From the NCBI RefSeq assembly GCF_009914755.1, contig NC_060932.1: DNA of 64,000 nt. One strand, given 5' to 3'. Below, piece after piece: positions 54,996 to 64,000 of the stretch (within the stretch, counting starts at the first letter, position 1; every line of letters begins with the position of its first letter). Position numbers and translations under genes: made by a program. The notes beneath the pieces are model-generated. The model was not told the origin of the DNA, did no database searches, and saw only the letters and a program-made list of their open reading frames with translations. Origin of the DNA: the human T2T-CHM13v2.0 reference genome, Homo sapiens.

Positions 54996-56685
54996 TATTT
55001 GTATCTACTTATGGGTAGAGTTTTAGTGTTCAGTCTTCAGTTTCCTTCTTTGTCATCTTGGCTTGAAACCATGTTTTCTATCTGAAAAAATCTCAAAATC
55101 AGGGTAACTCAGTGCATGGTGTTCTTATGGTAAAGCAGCAAGTTCAGGAAGCATTCCCAAGTCCAGATATAGCTAAGTGGTACGCTAATTTGCTTAGCCT
55201 GTTTTGCGACATGAAATTTTTACTTTAAAAGTTGCTTTATGATGAGACCATGCCTACTACCTAAGGTAGGTCTCTGCCATCTGTGAAAACTCAATAAATA
55301 TAAATCTAAAATTTGTTGTCAGGGTGAAGGATTCCATTGCAATTCTTGGTCATGTCTTTACCTTATTCTATACTTAGTTCAGGTTTTACTTTTAGCTAGA
55401 ACTGGGTTAGTAGCCAAGACTGCTATGGTATACTTTTTTTGCTTTGTCTAACCAAGCATGATAGTAATAGCTCCAAGGATTGGCACACACAGTTCTGCTT
55501 TTGATAATCTGGGAATAGGTATTTCATGGTTTAATATTGGCATTTTTTTCTACATTTGCTCAATTTTTTTAACTTTGGTTACCATGAAATTGTCTTTGGG
55601 GACTTTTCCTCATTTTCCTACTTGGAATGCACCTCAAAAAGTAATGCATTTTCCACAATTAGCAAAACTTAGATGTGAGTCCTAAAAAAACTGGATGAAA
55701 GTTAAAATCCACAACCTTATCTGACTGAAGTGTGTTAAAAGTATTAACATCAATGTCTTCTCTTTTGCCAATCCCTAATTTTCTTCCATGATAGATCATC
55801 ACATTTCAAAACCAAACTTAATACTTTTTTAGGGTCCCAAGTTGTTGAGGCATTTGCAGTCCCTTTGTGCTGGTGCACCCCTCACTAACTGAGCTTCAGA
55901 TCCCATTGCTCCCCTTATAAGCAGAGAAATTCCTTATGTGGCTTTTTCCTCACTCTTGGGTTCTCATCATATTTCTCAGTTGCTCTAAGCTAAGCCTTTC
56001 TGTTTCAGTTAAACCTTCTGTCACTTCTTCTCAATGTTTTTCTTAAATTTTTTTGGCATTTTATTATATCTATTAGGAAAATTTCAACAAACTAAAGAAA
56101 TATAGAAAAAAAGAAAAACCCAAAGGTCATTTCTTTTTAACATAACCACTTTTGTTGGTTTGAGTTGTTATTTATAGCCTATTATGTTTCCTCTGCATAC
56201 ATGTTTTTCTTAGTTGTAATTATATTCATTAAGTATCTTTTCAGTCTAGTAGTATTTGAATTACAAACATTTGTTATTACATTATCTTTATTGCTTCTTT
56301 GATGGTTGCATTCTATTATTGCTTGCTCAAGTATTCATATTTCTAATATTTTTAGTATTATTAGTAATTAATAATTATTAATAAAGATCTTTTTACCTGG
56401 AAGAATTCGTTTCTCAAGACAGATGAGCAGAAATTTATTTACTGAGTTAAAGTGTATAAATATACACATATGTATATATACCATTATATTATATTACAGA
56501 TGCATATATACAAATAAATATAACTTTTTAAGGGACATTGCCAAGAAAATAATTTATTTCTTAAAAGGAGATAAGCATTCTATATAATTTTATAGCCTAC
56601 ATTTTTCACCAAGTATGATCACTTTCTTACATATTTTTCCTCTTAAAAGTTGATTTTAAGATGATTTTAAAAAATCATCATAGGT

Positions 56686-58315
56686 GGAAAAACATTCCAT
56701 GCTCATGGATAGGAAGAATCAATATTATGAAAATGGCCATACTGCCCAAAGCAATTTAGAGATTCAGTGCTATTCCCATTAAACTACTATTGACATTCTT
56801 TACAGAATTATAAAAAACTATTTAAAAATTCATATAGAACAAGAAGGAGCTTGTATAGCCAGGACAATCTTAAGCAAAAAGAACAAAGCTGGAGGCATCA
56901 CACTACCTGACTTCAAACTATACTATAAGTCTGCAGTAATCAAAACAGCATGGTACTGGTACAAAAACAGGCACATAGACCAATGGAACAGAACAGAGAA
57001 CTCAGAAGTAAAACCACAGATCTGCAACCATCTGATCTTTGACAAACCTGACAAAAACAAGCAATGGGGAAAGTATTCACTATTTAACAAATGGTGCTTG
57101 GAGAACTGGCTAGCCATATGCAGAAAATTGAAAGTGGACCCCTTCCTTACACCATATACAAAAATTAACTCAAGATGGATTAAAGACTTAAATGTAAAAC
57201 CCAAAACTATAAAAAGCCTAGAAAAAAATCTAAGCAATACCATTCAGGACATAGGCATGGGCAAACACTTTATGATGAAATTGCCAAAAGCAATTGAAAC
57301 AAAAGCAAAAATTGATGAATGGGATCTAATTAAACTAAAGAGCTTCTTCACTGCAAAATAAACTATCATCAGAGCAAACAGACAGCCTATAGAATGTGAG
57401 AAAACTTTTGCAATCTATCCATCTGACAGAGATCTAATATCCAGAGTCTACAAGGAACTTAACCAAATTTACAAGAGAAAAACAAACAATCCCATTAAAA
57501 AATGGGCAAAGGACATGAACTGACAGTTCTCAAAAGAAGACAGGCGGCCAAGAAACAGATGAAAAAAAGCTCATCGTTAGAGAAATGCAAATCAAAACCA
57601 CAATGAGATACCATCTCATGCCAGTCAGAATGGCAATTATTAAAAAGTTAAGAAACAACAGATGCTGGCAAGGTTGCGGAGGAATAGGAATGTGTTTACA
57701 CTGTTGGTAGGAATGTAAATGAGTTCAACCATTGTGGAAGGCACTGTGGCGATTCCTCAAAGATTTAGAACCAGAAATACCATTTGACCCAGCAATACCA
57801 TTATGGGGTGTATACCCAAAGGAATATAAATCATTTCATTATAAAGATACATGCACACGTATGTTCATTGCAGCACTATTCAAAATAGCAAAGATGTGGA
57901 ATCAACCCAAATGCCCATCACTGATAGACTGGATAAAGAAAATGTGGTAGATATACACTGTGGAATACTATGCAGCCATATAGAGGAACAAGATCATATC
58001 CTTTGCAGGGACATGGATGAATTTGGAAGCAATTATCCTCAGCAATCTAATGCAGGAACAGAAAACCAAACACCACATGTTCTCACTTATAAGTGGGAGC
58101 TGAACAATGAGAACACATGGACAAGGGAGGGGAACAACACACATGGGAGCCTGTTGGGGCAGGGCGGTGGTGGGGAGAGCATTAGGAAAAAAGTAATGCA
58201 TGTAAAACTTAATACCTAGGTAATTGGTTAATAGGTGCAGCAAACCACCATGGCACACATTTACCTATGTAACAAACCTGCACATCCTGCACATGTACCC
58301 CAGAATTAAAAAATA
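56686..58315 (+). mobile_element. 5'-truncated primate L1 (about L1PA8-10), ORF2 3' part and 3'UTR
   Basis: [32 protein letters not shown] and FIAALFKIAKMWNQPKCPS; 3'UTR ending 'gtaacaaacctgcacatcctgcacatgtacccc'. Confidence 0.95.
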
Positions 58316-60975
58316 TATATATTATATGGGTATCCCACAATTTGCTTTACCAGTCTTCAATTTTTGAATTTTTTTGTTATAAATAATAAAAATAAATTTT
58401 TATATGTGTCTTTGATTATTAGAATAAATTCCTACAAGTAGAATTACTTGTAAAAATAGATCAAGGTCCTTCATAATACTAAAAATTATGCTAAATCATA
58501 ATGACACTAAGATTTTAGGAATTCTTACTCCCAAGCATATAAGTGTGCATATTTCACTACTTTCAATTCAGAGAAATTTTTGCTTGCCAATTTGATATGT
58601 GAAATTATTATTGTATTTTTGACTGTGAGAGACTGAACTTAATAGCTTAATGGATGTGTTAATTTTAATTTTTTGGCCATGTTCCTTTTCATTTTAAAAT
58701 CGAACTTTTGTATTTTTTTAATCTTTTATTGTGAAATCTGCAATCACACCAAAAGCATGTGAAGTGCAAATTTAACTGGACCTAAATACAATCACCTTAA
58801 TCAGATAGTTGACTGCCCCTGTATCTTCTGCTTTGCTTGCTGCAACCTGCCAGGCTCAGTGTTAAATGCATACGAAGGAACTAATAAAACCAATGGCTTG
58901 AGAAGGAGGAAAAATAGCTCAAAATATGCAGGGGAGCAGAAGAGAATAAAAGAACAAGAGTAAATTATTTTGAAAAATGCAAACAGAGTTGTCTTTCTGG
59001 TGGGAGATATTTGGCGTTTTCACATAGGAAAAAGTGATAATGTATTACTGTGGAATATTCTCCCTTCAAAATGTTTGGATGGCAGGTTCTGAATTGCATT
59101 TGGAAAGTGGTAGTCTAATAATATGAATGAGGTTGGGCAAGAAAATCTAGGGCTGTACTTACTGTCAACATAATAGACATTGTAATTGTATCTCATAGTG
59201 GATTTTGGTTCATTCAAGCCTGGAACCCAATTCCACTCTCATCCTCACCCCTAAAAACGGGTCATTTAAAAATGCTTTGGCAGCTATGATGCTGATGCAG
59301 GCAAGACATGCTCTCAGAAAACAACAATGGCAGCAGCAACTAAACAACCATAGTTCTCCTGATTTAAAAAAATTTTATTACATGCAAGAATCATGCTTCC
59401 TGAGAAAGCACACCCCTCTTTGTGTTCTGCAATATTTCTTTTCTTTTCCTGGTAGGTGTTTTGAAACTGAAGATGTTCAGGTAGCCATCAGCAGACACCC
59501 CTAGAATGGATTTAGAAAAACACTGAGGAACACTAGGGTGTCTTGAAGATGTCATTGCTATGACTTCATGACTCATGTCACAGATGTCTCTTGTATGGTT
59601 TGCTAATTACTGGTTGCCATAAAAAGAATCTTGCATAATCTGTAGAAGAGCTATGAGATGAAGGGAAAGAGAACATTTTATTGTTAAATGATTGGACTTC
59701 ATTTGGTTTACTTGGGAGATGAGAACCATTGAAGTCAGCCTTTGGCAGTTGAACCACCCAGGGGAAGTCCTTTAATGAAACCTCTAAGATTACTTGTTGT
59801 GTCTAGTCATCCTAAAAGTGTTTGTCTTCTAAAAATGTCTTTCAGCCTAGGCCCATGGGATTTTGGACAAAGGTTTGTCTACTAAGAGATTTAGTCTTCT
59901 TATGGTTTTCTCCTCTCTTCATCGTGTATATGAAGAATGTTATAAAATGTTGCAAAGAAATGACCAATTTATTTTATTTTATTAATATTTTGTGTAAATA
60001 AAAAGTAAAGTATGATTTAAAAAAAGAATGTTATATAAAAAACACAAGAAAATATTAAGCAGTGCAGTACCTAAATCTTAGTATTTTTATAGAGGCTCTG
60101 CTGAGGAAAATAACTTAGAAGGCTTTTTATTATCACACGATTTTCTGATAGGGAGAGTGCTGTTTAATACATGAAAGTTTGTCACTAGTCATGGCTACTG
60201 CTAATAGCTTAGATGGTTGTGGTAGGAAGAGGACTCCTATGAGTCAACTGGTTTCTTTCACTATACCCTAGAATGTAGGAAAGAACCTTATTTTGCAGAT
60301 GAGTGAGATAAAACTCGTCAAGTTAAGCAGCTTTCCCAAAGACCTGCAGCTACTACGTGACTTACCTAATATTTCATTCCAGATTTATCAGGCTCTTGAG
60401 TAAATCTAGCTCATTTATAAGCACACAAAAGCATGGAATATTCAGTAACAAGGCAGGAAGATGACATCTCAGTGAAGGGCAGCTAGAATCTAGAGGGCAC
60501 CTTGTGGGCCACAGAAACAACCCTCTCTCTTCCCCCTTCTTACTGTCATGGTGGTACTTGAACTTTCACCTTTATCCAGGTGCTCTAGGGAAAGAAAAGT
60601 TAGAAGAGGGAGGAAACAGCTTTGACAGGAGGTTTCAACTCTGACTTGAGAGGCTATTTACCCAAGAGGAAACAGCCTTAAATGGGAAGACGGTGAATTA
60701 TCTTTACTAGGCAAATTTTGCATTTAGGGTAAAATTGGTTTGAAGGTAAGTTATGTTCAAAGAATAATTAGAGCTAGACATTTCTTTTGCACGTGAGTTG
60801 TAATGTGTAAATTTCAGCCTCTATAGAGATATGGGTTATATGTGCTATCTATGCAGCCAGAAACTACATTTACTGTGGTTGAATATAATATTTTGACTGG
60901 AATAACTTCTCTTATCAACATGAGACTTGAATTTCTATCTGCCTCCTCAGTATATCTGCTGGAATTTTCCATATG

Positions 60976-62152
60976 CAATCATGTGCCACATAATGACATT
61001 TTCATCAATGACAGACTGCATATATAATGATGGTCCCGTAAGATTATAATTGAGCTGAAAAATTCCTATTGCCCATTAGTGTCTTGATAATCCTGTATAG
61101 GCCTAGGCGGACGTGTGTGTGTTTGTGTCTTAGTTTTTAAGAAAAAAAAATTAGCACATACAATTATGTACAGTACATAATACTTCAGAATAAATGGCTG
61201 TTCCTAGTTTATGTATTTACTACACTATGCTTTTGATTGTTTCTTTAGCATGTACTCCTACTTACTAAAAAAAGTTAAGTGTAAAAGAACCTCAGGCAGG
61301 TCCTTCAGGAGGTATTCCTGAAGAAGTTATTGTTTTCATAGTAGATGACAGCTTCATGCATGTTATTGCCCCTAAAGAGCTTCCAGTGGGACAGGATGTG
61401 GAGGTGGAAGACAGTGATATTGATGATTCTGACCCTCTGTAGGCCTAGGCTAATGTGTGTGTTTGTGTCTTAATTTTAACAAATAAGTTTAAAAACTAAA
61501 AAAAAAAATAAATTTTAAAAAATAGAATAAAAGCTTATGGAATAAAAATATAAAATATTTTGTACAGCTGTGTGATGTGTGTTTTAAGCTAAATGTTATT
61601 ACAAAAGAGTCAAAGTTTTAAAAATTAAAGTTTATGAAGTAAAAGAAATACAGTGATCTAAGTAGTGTGTGATTGAAGAAAGAAAAAAATTTAAAATAAA
61701 TTTAGTGTAGCCTTAAGGGTACAGTGTTATTAAGTTCACAGTGTATTATAGGGTCCACAGTAGTGTACATTAATGTTCATAGTCACTCACTACTGATTCA
61801 CTGACTTATCCAGAACAACTTCTAGTCTTGCAAGCTTCATTCATGGTAAATGCCATATACAAGTATACCATTTTTTTTTATCTTTCACATTTTATTTCTA
61901 TTGCACATTTTATGTTCATAAGTTAAGATACATGAATACCATTGTATTACAATTGTTTACAGTATGCATTGAAGTAACATGTTGTACAGGTATGTAGCTT
62001 AGGAGAAGTGGGCTATACCACATAGCCTAGGTTTGTATTAGGCTATACAATGCAGGTTTGTGTAAGTACACTATGATGTTTGCAAAATGAAAAAAATCAC
62101 CTAACAATGCATTTCTCATAACATATCCCTGTCATTAAGTGATTCACGACTG
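60976..62152 (+). mobile_element. Tigger3b/MER7-like DNA transposon (~1.18 kb)
   Basis: Ends caatcatgtgccacataatgac ... gtcattaagtgattcacgactg followed by TA; internal 'ggtcccgtaagattataat' and 'cctcaggcaggtccttcaggaggtattcc'. Confidence 0.9.
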
Positions 62153-62349
62153 TAACCGAAATTCAAGAGGTCTACAAGTAAAGTCATTATTTGTACCTGA
62201 ACTAGCCTTCTTCCTTGCTGTCTTTATCTTGACAAATGGAATTTAGCTTAGTAAGTATGAAATACTGTAACACTAATTCTATCATCTCCCTCAATGAAAA
62301 TAATTTATAAATATATACGTGTGTGTGTGTGTATGTGAGTGTGTGTGTG

Positions 62350-62512
62350 TGTATTCATTTCAAGGAATCAACTTATGGATGGCAAGTCTCAAATCTGTAG
62401 GGCAGGCTGGCAGGCTGGAAACTCTTGGGTAGGAGCTGGAGCTGATACCATAGTCTAGAGACAGAACTTTTTTTTTTTCTCAGAGATACCACAGTTTTGC
62501 TCTTAAGGCTTT
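62350..62512 (+). mobile_element. MLT2 (ERVL) LTR fragment preceded by (GT)n
   Basis: 'ggcaagtctcaaatctgtagggcaggctggcaggctggaaactc...gttttgctcttaaggc'. Confidence 0.7.
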
Positions 62513-62514
62513 TA

Positions 62515-63930
62515 TTAAAGACAGCCTCTTTAATAAATGGGGCTGGGAAACCTGAATATCCATATGCAGAAGAATGAAACTAGACCCCTATCTCTCACCA
62601 TATGCAAAACTCAAATCAAAATGGATTAAAATCTAAGACCTCAAACTATGAAACTACTACAAGAAAACATTTGGGAAAATCTCCAAGACATTGGTCTGGT
62701 CAAAAGTTTCTTAAGCAGTACCCCACAAGCACAGGCAACCAAAGCAAAATGGACAAATGGGATCACATCAAGTTAAAAAGCTTCTGCACAGCAAAGGATA
62801 CAATCAACAAAATGAAGAGATAACCCAAAGAATGGGAGAAAAATATTTGCAAATTACCCATCTGACAAGAGATTAAAAACCAGAATATATAAGGTGCTCA
62901 AACAACTCTAAAGGGAAAAATCTAATAATCTGATTGAAAAATGGGCAAAAGATTTGAATAGGTGTTTCTCAAAAAAACACATACAAATGGCAAACAGGCA
63001 TATGAAAAAGTGCTCAACATCATTTAACATCAGAGAAATGTAAATCAAAACTACAATGAGATATCATCTCAACCCAGGTACAATGGCTTATATCCAAAAG
63101 ACAGGCAATAACAAATGTTGGCAAGGAGGTGGAAAAAGGGGAACCCTCGTATCCTGTTCTTGGAAATGTAAATTAGTAAAACCACTATGGAGAACAGTCA
63201 GGCGGTTACTCAAAAAATTAAAAATAGAGCTACCATATGATCTAGCAATCCCACTGCTGGGTATATACCCAAAAGAAAGGAAATCAGTATGTTTTAGAGA
63301 TATCTACACCCTTATGTTTATTGCTGCACTGTTTACAACAGCTAAGATTTGGAAGCAACCTAAGTGTCCATCAGCAGAAGATGGATAAAGAAAACGTGGT
63401 ACATATAGACAATGGAGTACTATTTAGCTATAAAAATGAGATCTAGTCATTTGCAACAACACTGATGGAACTGAAGGTCATTGTGTTAAGTGAAATAAGC
63501 CAGACACAGAAAGACCAACATCACATGTTCTCACTTATTCGTGGGATCTAAAATGCAAAACAATGGAACTCACGGGCATAGAAGGTAGAAGGATGGTTAC
63601 CAGAGGCTGGGGAGGGTAGTAGGGGTATGGTGGTGGTGGTGGTAGTGGGGGTGGTACAAAAAAAAAACCCAGAATGAATAAGACCTACTATTTTATAGCA
63701 CAACAGGGTGACTGTAGTCAATAACTTAATTGTACATTTTAAAATAACTTAAAGATTGTCGCTGAATTGTTTGTAACTCAAAGGATAGATGCTTGAGAGG
63801 GTAGATTCCCCATTCACCATCCTGTGCTTATTTCACATTGCATGCCTGTATCAAAACATGTCATGTGTCTCATAAATATATACACCTGCTATGTACTCAC
63901 AAAAATTAAAAATCAAAAGGATTTTTAAAA
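62515..63930 (+). mobile_element. 5'-truncated L1, L1MA1-3-like
   Basis: [16 protein letters not shown] and [18 protein letters not shown]; 3'UTR 'gaatgaataagacctactattttatagcacaacagggtgact...gtactcacaaaaattaaaaat'. Confidence 0.93.
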
Positions 63931-63952
63931 TAAGACTTGTTTTCTGTCCTCA

Positions 63953-64000
63953 ACCAAACACCGCATGTTCTCACTCATAGGTGGGAATTGAACAATGAGA
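63953..64000 (+). mobile_element. Start of a young L1PA 3' fragment, truncated by the window edge
   Basis: aaccaaacaccgcatgttctcactcataggtgggaattgaacaatgaga. Confidence 0.85.

Overview
This is AT-rich primate genomic DNA (AluS/AluY, L1PA), dominated by interspersed repeats: two full-length minus-strand L1s, several truncated L1s, L2, MIR, L3, MER5/MER3 and Tigger elements. I cannot support any intact host protein-coding gene. The notable locus is 50.5-54.9 kb, an intronless, disabled and strongly diverged retrocopy of the NMD factor SMG5. It is split by a ~1.4 kb insert with an 11-bp target-site duplication and an A-rich tail. Once an internal Tigger2-family element is removed, the insert translates (with frameshifts) into motifs collinear with bornavirus nucleoprotein, making it a candidate divergent endogenous bornavirus-like N element (EBLN). 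A full-length L1PA sits head-to-head about 800 bp upstream, with its antisense promoter/ORF0 region pointing at the locus. All family assignments are by eye against sequences recalled from memory; no database search was run, and old-repeat boundaries are approximate.
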